From NCBI RefSeq assembly GCF_000142905.1, contig NW_013657641.1, positions 68,907 through 132,906 on the forward strand: a DNA stretch of 64,000 nt. The letters run 5' to 3'. Under the pieces are notes generated by a model. That model had not been told where the DNA came from and did no database searches. It saw only the letters and a program-made list of their open reading frames with translations. The stretch comes from Thecamonas trahens ATCC 50062. Taxonomy: Eukaryota; Protista; Apusomonadida. Below are positions 22,057 to 35,032 of this stretch, piece by piece (position 1 is the stretch's first letter; every line of letters starts with the position of its first letter). The position numbers and the translations under genes are program-made.

Positions 22057-25022
22057 ATGGGAGGTAAGTCCCCCCCCCTCCCCCTCCCCCTCCCCCTCCC
22101 CTCCCCTCCTTCCAAACACCATCTCACTCACCACCCATTCTCTTCATTGTTCACCCCCCCCCCCCTTCCCTCAGTGCCGGCCTTCTTCCGCTGGCTGACT
22201 CGGCGGGTACGATGGCGTCGAGCGTGTGATCGGCGGGCAGAGAGCGAGCGAGCGAGAGAGAGAGAGAGAGCAGGTGCGAGTGGGCGGGGAGAGAGTGATA
22301 GGGGGGAAACATGGCGGGAAACTGACAGACTTGACGGAGTATGCTCTGTTTATACATATTTGTGGGGGGGGGGGGGGCTTGTGTGCATGTGTGCTGGAAT
22401 CCGTAGTACAAGAAAATCCTTGTCCGTGCCGAGGAGGCGCCCGAGTCGCCGTCGCCGCTGGTGGTGGCCCAGCCGAATCCAAATGGCGTCGAGTTTGACA
22501 ACCTGTATCTGGACATGAACGGCATCATCCATCCGTGCTGTCATCCTGAGGATGGGGCAGCGCCATCGTCCGAGGCTGAGATGTTTGAGCGAGTCTTTGC
22601 GTACATTGATCGCATCATGGCGCTGGCCCGGCCGCGGCGGATGGTGTACATGGCGATTGATGGGGTTGCGCCGCGAGCCAAGGCGAACCAGCAGCGGGCA
22701 CGGCGGTTCCGGACGGCGCAGGAGGCCAAGGAGGAGTACGAGCGTGAGCTGGAGCTTGCGGCAGAGGCCGGGCACGCCCTGCCGCAGGTGCCCAAGAAGG
22801 CGTGGGACTCGAACGTGATCACGCCCGGCACGCCGTTCATGGCATCGCTCTCGCTGGCGCTGCGGTACTACATTGCACTGCGGATGAACACGGCGCCTGG
22901 GTGGAAGGGCTTGGTGGTCATGCTGTCGGACTCGAACGTGCCGGGCGAGGGTGAGCACAAGATCATGGAGTACATCCGAAGCCAGCGACTGGACGCGCGG
23001 TACGAGCCGAACCTCAACCACATGCTGTACGGGACGGACGCAGACCTGATCATGCTTGCGCTGGCCACACACGAGCCGCACTTTTTCATTCTCCGCGAGC
23101 ATCTCGAGGACCGGCGGCGGTCGTCCAACTGCTTCACCTGCGGCAAGCCGGGCCACATTGCGTCGGCGTGCCCGTACCGCAACGACCCGAGCGGGCTGGC
23201 GGCGATGAAGGAGGCGGCGGCGTCGATGGGCGGAAGCAAGGCTGCGCCGCCCAAGCCGTACGACATTGTTGACGTCGGCATTCTCCGCGAGTACCTGCTC
23301 AACGAACTCCGAGTGCCTGTCCCGTTTCCGTGGGATGACGACAACGCGCTTGACGACTTTGTCTTTCTCTGCTTCTTTGTGGGTAACGACTTTTTGCCAC
23401 ACCTGCCCTCGCTCCGCATCCGCGAGGGCGCACTCGACAAGCTGCTCCGCATCTACAAGGAGGAGCTGCCCAAGCTTGACGGCCATCTGACGTCCAACGG
23501 AGAGCTCATTCTCGATCGCGTCCAGGTCATTGTCGACGTCATTGGGCAGATGGAGTCGGACGTTTTCCGCGACCGCAAGAGGAACCTCGACCGCGCCGCC
23601 ATGAAGGCGGCTCGCCGGCGCGGCGCAACAGCCTCTGCGGCTGCGCTCGAGCGCGCTGGCATTGCCATCATGCCGACGAGCGGCGGCAAGGTGGCCAAGG
23701 CGGCAGCCATGGAGAGTAGCGCAGGTGAGGGTGAGGTGGAGCCTGTGCCGATGGAGGAGGAGAAGGGGGAGGCGCAGATGAAGGTCGAGACTGGGGCCGC
23801 GACGGAGACGGAGGCCGAGGCCGAGATCGAGGCCGAGGCGGATGCCGAAGCGGATGCCGAGGCGGATGCCGAGACCGAGGTGGAGGCTGAGGCCGAGACT
23901 GAGGTCGAAGACAACGAGTCGGACGGCGCCGACCTGGATCAGGTGCGGCTTTGGGAGGAGGGGTGGAAGAAGCGGTACTACAAGGCCAAGTTTGAGGTTG
24001 ACCTGGAGCGCAACGCGCTGTTCCGGCGCGAGCTGGCGCGAGCTTACGTTCAGGGCCTTGTCTGGGTCTACCGCTACTACTACCAGGGTTGCTGCTCGTG
24101 GAGATGGTTCTACCCGTACCATTACGCACCGTTTGCGTCGGACCTGAGCTCGCTGGCGGACTTTGAGGGAGAGCTCGAGTTTGATCGCGGCACGCCGTTC
24201 ACGCCGCTGACTCAGCTGATGGCTGTCCTCCCGCCGGCGTCCAAGGACGCACTGCCGGCGCCGTACCAGCGGCTGATGACCGAGAGCGATTCGCCGATTG
24301 TGCACTTTTACCCCGATACTTTTGGGCTGGACCTCAACGGGCACCGGGCGTCGTGGATGGCGGTGGTGCTCCTGCCGTTCATCGAGGAGCAGGCGCTTCT
24401 GGAGGCGCTGGCGAGCGTCGACGGCGAGCTGTCGCCAGCAGAGCGGGCGCGCAACACGCCCAAGCGCGAAGTCATTTTTGTCCATGCCGCCAACGCCAAG
24501 GTCTATCCGTTTGTGGCTCGGGCGTACGCCCAAGGCAGCGACGGCGCCAAGCTCCTCATCGACGTGGCCGGCATGGGAGGACAGGCGTTTGCGGCCGCCG
24601 AGCCGCTTGCGCAAGTCGGGACAGACCTCGCGCCACCAGCCGAGTTTGACCGCTGGCCGTCAATCCGCCGCAATGCCGTTGTGGTGGCTGACTTTGAGTT
24701 TCCCTCGCCGCCGTACGACGACTACGTCCACGAGGCCGTCGTCCTCCCAGGCTCGATCTTCCCGCCGCAGGCGCTCACCGAGATGGATCTGTACCAGTCA
24801 GGCCGCCACCGCGGCGGGCCGCGGACCAACTCGGCCGGCATGTCATACCACGGCAACAACAACACCGGGTACTTTGAGGACGCCGGCATGCGCGCCGCCC
24901 GCCAGCGCCAGCGACAGCTCGCCGCCCGCCACCCGCCGCCGCCCGGCCACATCGCCCCGTCGCAGATGGGCTACGGCGCCCAGCGCGGCCCGGTCGGCGC
25001 TGGCCGCTTCCACCCATACTGA
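22057..25022 (+). CDS. XRN2: 5'-3' exoribonuclease 2 (XRN2/Rat1); exons 22057-22063, 22175-22206, 22407-25022
   Basis: Spliced start MGVPAFFRWLTRR|YKKI, then FDNLYLDMNGIIHPC, DGVAPRAKANQQR, PGEGEHKI, a CCHC knuckle CFTCGKPGHIASAC, GNDFLPHLP and WFYPYHYAP. Confidence 0.93.
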
Positions 25023-26792
25023 TTGAACCGTGGGTGGAGCTTTGAGATGTCCGTGGGCGATTTTGCGGCAGTGATGGCGAACCTGCGGGTGGCGATGTCG
25101 ACCGACCGCTCGATCCCCTCGACAGCCGCCTCATTGCTCTCCTACCCAGCTGCATCCGCGGTCCCGGGCGTCGGCAGCGAGCCGAGCCTCCGCTCCGCCT
25201 CGAGAGCAGCGTGCCCCCGCCCCCACTACTACCATCACGATCCATTCCTCTACCGACGTACTTGTGATCATTGTCTGACGGGCTGATATGACTCTGTGAC
25301 ATTATTCGACAGTTTTCGGATTCACATCGGGAGACATTGAGCTCGAGCTCGCGACGGCCGGGCGCGGGCGGACGAGATTGTTGCGGCGCTCGTCGGTCAC
25401 ATCTCGTGGCGCGACTGTCGTGGCGGCCAAACGGCGCGACGGCGCCAGCTGAGCAAACGACCGTTGGATCGACCACCCCTCTTTGAATCTTTTAGTTCAA
25501 AATGTACGATTTGCCCACACCCACGCGGGAGACCTTTTCCGGCCTGCACGTCGGACTGCAGCACTGCCCGTTCCCAATCTGACCACCACCATCCACTCCC
25601 CCACTCGCACTTGCCTTTGCTTCCACAGCCCACAGCCGATGTCTCTGCACTTGCAGCCATCCGCAACTGGCGCATGGTCGCAACGGGTGAGCGGGTGGTG
25701 CGGGGATGGACGGCGGGGCGATGGACGTTTTTTCGCCTTCTCCCGCGCCCCCCCCCCGTCCCCGTCGCCACTGCCCGTCAGTGGCACGGGGGGGCCAACT
25801 CCGGGCACTCGGCCACCCACTCGCAGCCATGCGCTAGCCAAACGTGCCCCTCCCCCCTCCACCTCCATCTCTGCCTTCTTTCTGCCCATCCCGTGCCTTC
25901 TCTGGTGCAACAGCGACCCGCGGTGGCCAGCCGTTNNNNNNNNNNNNNNNNNNNNNNNNNNNNNNNNNNNNNNNNNNNNNNNNNNNNNNNNNNNNNNNNN
26001 NNNNNNNNNNNNNNNNNNNNNNNNNNNNNNNNNNNNNNNNNNNNNNNNNNNNNNNNNNNNNNNNNNNNNNNNNNNNNNNNNNNNNNNNNNNNNNNNNNNN
26101 NNNNNNNNNNNNNNNNNNNNNNNNNNNNNNNNNNNNNNNNNNNNNNNNNNNNNNNNNNNNNNNNNNNNNNNNNNNNNNNNNNNNNNNNNNNNNNNNNNNN
26201 NNNNNNNNNNNNNNNNNNNNNNNNNNNNNNNNNNNNNNNNNNNNNNNNNNNNNNNNNNNNNNNNNNNNNNNNNNNNNNNNNNNNNNNNNNNNNNNNNNNN
26301 NNNNNNNNNNNNNNNNNNNNNNNNNNNNNNNNNNNNNNNNNNNNNNNNNNNNNNNNNNNNNNNNNNNNNNNNNNNNNNNNNNNNNNNNNNNNNNNNNNNN
26401 NNNNNNNNNNNNNNNNNNNNNNNNNNNNNNNNNNNNNNNNNNNNNNNNNNNNNNNNNNNNNNNNNNNNNNNNNNNNNNNNNNNNNNNNNNNNNNNNNNNN
26501 NNNNNNNNNNNNNNNNNNNNNNNNNNNNNNNNNNNNNNNNNNNNNNNNNNNNNNNNNNNNNNNNNNNNNNNNNNNNNNNNNNNNNNNNNNNNNNNNNNNN
26601 NNNNNNNNNNNNNNNNNNNNNNNNNNNNNNNNNNNNNNNNNNNNNNNNNNNNNNNNNNNNNNNNNNNNNNNNNNNNNNNNNNNNNNNNNNNNNNNNNNNN
26701 NNNNNNNNNNNNNNNNNNNNNNNNNNNNNNNNNNNNNNNNNNNNNNNNNNNNNNNNNNNNNNNNNNNNNNNNNNNNNNNNNNNNNNNNNNNN

Positions 26793-26978
26793 GGCCCCAT
26801 GCCCGACTACGGTGCCCCGATATCCAGGCTACGACGCCCCGATGCACGGCTACGGCACCGTCGGCGACTACCCCGGTGCCGCCTACGGCTCCGATATGGC
26901 GCCCCGGCTCAGGCTCCGGCCCCGTACGGCTACGGTGCCCCGGCCCAGGGCCCGTACGGCTACAACTCCATGTACTGA
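26793..26978 (+). CDS. C-terminal fragment of a Tyr/Gly/Pro-rich low-complexity protein; the body lies in the gap and the fragment has indels
   Basis: YGAP/GYDAP/GYG repeats ending GPYGYNSMY-stop right after the 25936-26792 gap. Confidence 0.5.
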   Translation, partial: GPMPDYGAPISRLRRPDARLRHRRRLPRCRLRLRYGAPAQAPAPYGYGAPAQGPYGYNSMY

Positions 26979-27185
26979 ATGCCACGGCCGCGATGACGTA
27001 CGGTTTTGAGCTGACGATGTAGTTTGTGGCGAAAGCAATGAACTGTGTCGAACGAGAGTACCGACTAGACAAGCGACAGATGTGAGAGTGTGTGTGTGAG
27101 TGTCGAGAGCATAGCATGGTTAAGTTTGTATTTGTTTTTGAGCTCGTGCAGCAGCAGCAGGAGCAGTAGCGCCATCGGCAGCCGC

Positions 27186-28709
<1,524 letters not shown>

Positions 28710-29198
28710 TTAGTCAGGAAAACATTTGAGCTGTGAGTTTGGCATATGATTGGCCTGGGTGCGGGACAGGGGGGGGGGGTGGCGGGGGAGGGAGGGGCGG
28801 GCATCCATCCAATCCAATCCTAATCCATCCCATCAGCCCAGGGGGGGCAGCAGAGGAGGGGAGGGGGATAGTTGATAGAGTGTGTATGTGTGTGTATGGT
28901 TGTGGTGGGATGTGGTGACGTACCCTCCTCTGTAAGGCATGTTGATAAGTCTTGTGTGTTGTAAAGGGGGGTGAGGGGGGTGTCTGTCGCGGGTTTGCGA
29001 GAGACAAGTTGCGAGGCAAAGTTGATCAACGAGAGAAAGTGATTATTATTGAGCCAGTGGCCCAGTGGGGGGGGGAGGGGGGGGGGAGTTGGGGGTGGTG
29101 ATGAGAGGATCATTGGAACTGGGGCTTGGTATCGTGGGGATTGGAAGGGAGGGGGGAAGGGGTTGGCTGGTATCGGATCGGATCGTATATGTGCCTGT

Positions 29199-29238
<40 letters not shown>

Positions 29239-29580
29239 GTTGGTGCGAGATGCGATGCGAGTGTGAGTGGGTGANNNNNNNNNNNNNNNNNNNNNNNNNN
29301 NNNNNNNNNNNNNNNNNNNNNNNNNNNNNNNNNNNNNNNNNNNNNNNNNNNNNNNNNNNNNNNNNNNNNNNNNNNNNNNNNNNNNNNNNNNNNNNNNNNN
29401 NNNNNNNNNNNNNNAGGATCTTCATGAAAGATGGACGGGTCACGCGCAATGCGACCTGTCCCCCCTCCTCCCCTTCCCCCCCTCCCCCCCTCCCCCCCTC
29501 CCCCTTGCTTGCCCCCCCCCCCTCCCCCCCTCCCCCCATCTCCATCCCGTACTACACCCTCGGATCATTGGTACTCACAC

Positions 29581-31317
29581 ATGGATGTTGGTCCTCGGGG
29601 TATGTGTGTGTATCTCTCGTTATTGTGGGCTCTTCTCCTCCGCTCGGCCTCGCAACGCAATGGTGATGCTGGTGACGTAACGTGATGCTGGTGTCTTGGC
29701 GGATGCTATGCAATGCGCTGGGGTTATCCGCTGCACTGATGGGGCTGATGGGGCGATGGTGGCGGTATTGGGCTGCTACACTTGCTGCATCGCCGCACAC
29801 TGCTGCATCACTCCACTGCTGTGGCTGCTACGCTGCTGTGGCTCCTGCGCTGCTGTGGATCCTACGCTGCTGGGCTACCTACTACAGGGCCGTCCCAGGA
29901 GGCATTCACGGCTGCGCGGATTGCGGCCATCGAGGAGGAGGTCAATGCGATCAAGGCCGACGAGACCAAGGTGCTTGGGTCGGGTAAGCAGCTGGCGTCC
30001 GAGGGGTGGATCCTCGGGTATGAGGCGCGCAAGAACGACGGGAACCCGATGTCGGACAAGGTGGAGACCGGCGAGTTCCACCACCTCGAGTTCTACGTCG
30101 GCGACGCGCTGACGGTGATGAAGCGGTTCCGGGCCGGGCTCGGGATGCGGCTGGTGGCGCGGTCGGACCGCAACACCAGCAACTTTGAGTACTCGTCGTA
30201 CATTCTCGAGTCGGAGAACCTGCGGTTTGTCATCACGTCGCCGGCGTCGCCGCACGGCGCGCTCATTGCCCGCCGCGAGGGCAAGTCGACGGCGGTTCCG
30301 GACCCGGACTACAACGGCGTCGAGGCCGCCGAGTTCTTCACCAAGCACGGTCTCGCCGTCCGCGCCATCGCTGTCACCACGCCCGACGCCACGGTGGCGT
30401 TTGAGACTGCGGTCGCCAACGGCGGCATCCCGGTCCGCCGCCCGCGGACCTTTGCCAACGGCGTCACGGTCTCCGAGATCCAGGCATACGGCGACGTGGT
30501 CATGCGCTTTGTCTCGGGCGCCGACGACGGCTCGTACCTGCCCGACTACGAGGCCGTCAACGACGACGCCAGCCGCAAGACGTTTGGTCTCTACCGGTTC
30601 GACCACGTGGTTGGCAACGTCTTCTCGTGCAAGGAGACCTTTGAGTACTTTAACAACGTCCTCGGCTGGCACCGATTTGCCGAGTTCTCGACCGAGGACG
30701 TTGGCACCAAGAAGTCGGGCATCAACTCGATCGTCATTGCCAACAACGCCGAGACCATCCTCCTTCCCATCAACGAGCCCATGTACGGCACCCCGTCCAA
30801 GTCGCAGATCACCATCTTCCTCGAGCAGATGGGCGGCGCAGGCGTCCAGCACCTCGCCCTCAAGACCGGCGATGTCTTTGCCACCTTTGACGCCATGAAC
30901 GCTGCTTCGGACATCGGCTTTGAGTTCCTCCCGCCGCCGCCCGAGGTCGTTCACGAGGGCCGCAAGGTCGACTACTACACCTGGGCAGCCTCGCGTGTCG
31001 GCGACTCGCTCTCGGCTGAGGACATCGCCATGTGCAAGGAGCGCGGCATCCTCATTGACATCCACCCGGACGAGGGCATCCTCCTCCAGATCTTCACCAA
31101 GCCGCTCGGCACCCGCCCCACCATCTTTATCGAGATCCTCGAGCGCCGCTGCTTCATCCGCAAGGACGGCTCGTCCAAGGACCCTAACGTCGACGACATC
31201 GAGCTCGACCCGCTCGCCCTCGACTCCATCGACAAGTCGGCCTGTGCCCAGTTTGGCGCCGGTAACTTTAAGAAGCTTTACGAGACCGTCGAGGCCGACA
31301 TGGGCGACCTCAGCTAG
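29581..31317 (+). CDS. HPD: 4-hydroxyphenylpyruvate dioxygenase; probable exon 1 29581-29599, intron 29600-29887
   Basis: FHHLEFYVGDA, HGLAVRAIA, FDHVVGN, PINEP, GAGVQHLAL, LLQIFTKP, FIEILER and FGAGNF. Phase-1 GT-AG intron gives MDVGPRG|PSQEAF. Confidence 0.93.
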
Positions 31318-31521
31318 ATGCGGCCTGGTCTGCCTCGGCAAGCGCCACATCGACTAGTGCTCCTCCTCCTCCTCCTCGTCCTTGTCGTCGTCGCCGGCAT
31401 TTGCAGTAAATCATCAGGTCTGACCCGACATGCTAGCGAGATGGCCTGACCTTGACCGACATACCTCTCCCCACACAACCGCACGCCTCTCTCTCTGATC
31501 CTGTTGGGAGGGGAAAGGAGC

Positions 31522-34500
31522 ATGCGTGCGCGGTCATCATCCCGCATCACCCGTGTACACTCTCGGCCATCCCTACCTGCCATCTCTGCAGCTGCACTCA
31601 CCCGTCTGCAGGACCAACCACCACAGCTGGACAAGGTAAGCCTTCCTGGTTGGTGCGGGCGGTGGGTGGTGGTGGTGGCGGTGGTGGCGTGTCTGGGGGG
31701 TGGGGGAGGGTGTGTGTGTGTGTGTGTGGACTCATAGTGTGTGATGTGCGTGTGGGCATATGTATGGGCATGCACATGTATGTGTGTCTGTGTGTATGGT
31801 CTGCTTCTGGCTTGGTCATGTCTGTGTCTGGTGGCTGGTGCTCCCCCCCCCCCCCCTCCCGCTGTCGCTCGTTCGGTCACTTGCTTCGCCTGCGACATGT
31901 CATTTCTGCCTCCTTTTTTTGGTTGGCTTTCTTTCTCGCCTCCTCGTGTCGATGCTCTCTCTTGGTTGTGAATGCGGTGTGTCTGCGCTGCGCTGTGTGC
32001 TCCCGCTTGCTTGCAATGGGTATATTCTCGGACCTCGCCTGGTCGGCATCAGTTTGCGAAAGAAGGCGCAAAGTATGTCGAGTTGCTGCGCAAGGCGACG
32101 GAGCAAGGGTCCAAGTTTATGGCCACGTTCTCAACGCTGACGGCAGAGTCGGCCGATGCAACGCTCGGGACTTCGGACGTGGGGCTTGCCCTGCATGAGG
32201 TGCTCGACGCATGGAACCTGGTGCAGTCGGGCATCGAGGCGTGGACGGCGGCGCTCCACCACGGCGTCGTCGAGCCTGCGCGCGCCATCGTGACCGAGTA
32301 CAAGACCGAGTCCGAGGCGCTCTCATCCGAGTATGAGGAGGAAGCCAAGAAGCACGCGAAGGCGGTGAAGAAGGCCGAAAAGACGTCGTCCAAGCTCGGT
32401 GTCAAGGCCATGAAGAACAAGGCCGGCGCCGACGAGCTGACGGCCTCGCTCAACTCGGTCTCTGACGCCATCCAGAACGCGCAGCGGTTCGAGAAGGACG
32501 CGCTCCGCCGTATCGTTCTCGCCCAGCGGCTCCGCTACTGCCGACTTCTTCGCTCGACCTCGTCGGCGCTCACCGAGATTGTCGGCGTCTTCCAGACCGG
32601 CGCCAGCCTCGCCGGCTCGCTCGAGGCCTGGGACGTGGTCGCCGACACCGCCCATGAACTTCCGCCTTCAATCCGCGCCATCGTCTCAACCGACGCCGTC
32701 ACATACATCGATCTCAAGGCGCCCGACACGCCCGGCGGTGAGGGCGCTCCAGCGGGTACCGACGAGGCCGTCGTCCTTCTCTCGGACCTGCAAGCCCACT
32801 CGGGCGGGCTCGAGTACCTGCAGTCGGTCGACTCGGAGATGGTCGTGACCAATGTGCAGGATCAGGTCGAGGCGAGCCGCATGGAGGCCGCCGCGGTCCT
32901 CATTCAAGCCTGGTGGCGCGGCATTCTCGAACGCCGCAAGCTCAGCGCCGCAGGCACCATGATCCGCACCGTCCGCCCGGACACGGGCGTCTCGTCGACC
33001 GTTGTCCGCCTCCGCAAGGGTCTCGACGTCCCGCGGCTCCTGCCGTACTGGCACGACAAGTACGACGACTCGACGGTCGATCTCTCGATCGAGGCCATGG
33101 CCATCGATTTCCTCATTCGCAAAATGACTCAGCCGGGCGTCGGCGACCGCTCCCTCCGCAAGATCTTCATCCTCACCCACTCGCTCTACCTCCCGGCGCT
33201 CCGGCTCCTCACCTACCTCGAGATGCGGTTCTTCTCGCTCCCTGCGTCGACCGCGCAGGCCACCGTCGACGCGTTTGTGGCCAAGGAGCAGGCGCCGATG
33301 CAGCTGAAGACGCTCGCTTTCCTCGCCGAATGGGTTTCGCTCGCGCCGTACGAGTTTCCCTCACACGGCACCCTCGCCGCCGCCGTCACCACCTTCCTTG
33401 ATCGCGTCGACGCGTCGGAGCCGCTCGCAGCCTCGGTCGCCGCCGCCGCCACCAAGCTTCGCGAAAAGTGGAAGTCGCGCCTCGACGAGGACGCCGCCGC
33501 CGTCATGGACCAGCTCCGCGCACTCTCGCTCGGCGACTCGGACTCGGACGAGTCGGACGACGACGACACTCTCGGCGCGTCGTCGGCCGCCGCCTCGGAG
33601 CTCGCCTCGGCCAGCTCCATCACTTTTGAAGAGTCGACTCAGGCTCCGCCATCACTCCTTCTCACCTCCAAGCCGCTCCACACCATGGCGCAGCTGCACC
33701 CACTCGAGGTTGTCCGCCAGCTCACGCTCCTCGACTATGCCGTCTTTGAGCGTATCAAGCCGAACGAGTTCCTCGGGCAGGCCTGGGCCCGCAAGGGCGC
33801 CGAGATGCGGGCGCCGTACGTGCTCGCCATGATCAAGCGGTTCAACGACACCGTGGCATGGGCACGGACCGAGGTGCTCAAGTGCGACGGGCCCAAGTAC
33901 CGCGCCCGCATGATCTGCATCATGCTCGACGTGGCTAACAACTGCCTCGCCCTGCAAAACTACAACGCACTCATGGCCATTCTCTCCGCCCTCGAAGGCG
34001 CCGCCCTCACCCGCCTCAAGTACACCTGGGAGCTCCTCCCGCCCGAGTACGACGCCCTCTTCCTCGACCTCAAGGACGTCATGTCCATGACCCACAACTA
34101 CCGCGCCTATCGCGACAAGCTCAAGTCGGCCGCACCACCGCTCATCCCCTACCTCGGCGTCTCGCTGCAGGACCTCACTTTTATCGACGATGGCAACGAG
34201 TCGTTTGTGCAAAAGGTCGATGGCGCCCACCTGGTCAACATGGCCAAGCACCGCATGACCTACGAGGTCGTTGCAGACCTGCTCTCCTTCCGCTCCGGCT
34301 CGGCTTACGTCTTCCATCCGGTCCCCACCATCCAGACCTATCTCGCCCACGCCGCGCCCAAGTGGGACGAGAACAAGTGCTACTCGATGTCGCTCGAGCA
34401 CGAGCCGCGCGGCATGAAGCCGCCGCCCAAGGGCCGCCGCAAGAAGATCGTCTACTCGCCGCTGGCAGGCTCCGAGGCCGCCGAGTTTGACCTTGGTCGC

Positions 34501-34971
34501 AACGCCCGCTTCCTTGACGACATGATGTCGCGCATGGACAAGCACAAGGCTGAGCCTGGCCAGACCATTGTCGAGGCCGGTGACCTCGGCCGCGAGATGT
34601 ACTTTATCGCCTCGGGCCAGGTCGCCGTCCACCTGCCCAGCGGCGCAGACGTTGCCCTCTCGCGCGGCTCGTTCTTTGGTGAGATCGCCCTCTTCCTCGA
34701 CACCGTCCGCACCGCCACCGTCGTCGCCTCTACCCCGGTCGTCCTCTACGTCCTCCGCAAGACCGTCCTCGACGAGGTCCTCCGCTCCTACCCGACCATC
34801 CAATCCCAGTTCAAGGCTCTCGCCCATGCCCGCGTCGCCATGAACGAGTCGGACGGTGGTGCGTCCGAGCTCCCGGCCTGGATGAAGAAGCTCGCCGGCC
34901 GCGCCACCGCCGTCACCATCAAGCGCGAGAAGCGCTCGAAGCGGAGGACCGTCCCAGGCAGCTCAGCCTAG
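31522..34971 (+). CDS. Ras-family GEF with N-terminal I-BAR (IMD), IQ motif, REM, CDC25 and C-terminal cyclic-nucleotide-binding domain; intron 31636-32052, start uncertain
   Basis: IMD-like DQPPQLDK|FAKEGAKY...DVGLAL...EKDALRRIVLAQRLRYC; IQ LIQAWWRGILERR; REM IFILTHSLY; CDC25 EVVRQLTL, NYNALMAI and PPLIPYLG..L.DLTFIDDGN; cNMP FFGEIAL...RTATV. Confidence 0.88.
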
Positions 34972-35032
34972 CCGGTCTTCTGCTGTGCTGTGTTGTTTAC
35001 ACTCTCTAATGAAACAACTGGGATATCCCTCC

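Noticed and set aside
22350-24614. Long antisense ORFs (also 27090-28736, 29875-31350, 16446-17930, 33652-34827)
   Set aside because: Shadow frames opposite well-supported genes, expected from high GC3, with no recognisable motifs.
25023-25286. Short ORF right after the XRN2 stop (possible readthrough or small gene)
   Set aside because: It follows the stop in frame but has no recognisable motif; most simply 3' UTR or intergenic DNA.
25464-27117. ORFs running through N gaps (also 1.7-2.6, 10.3-11.2, 28.8-29.7 and 44.7-45.4 kb)
   Set aside because: Their length comes from undetermined bases.
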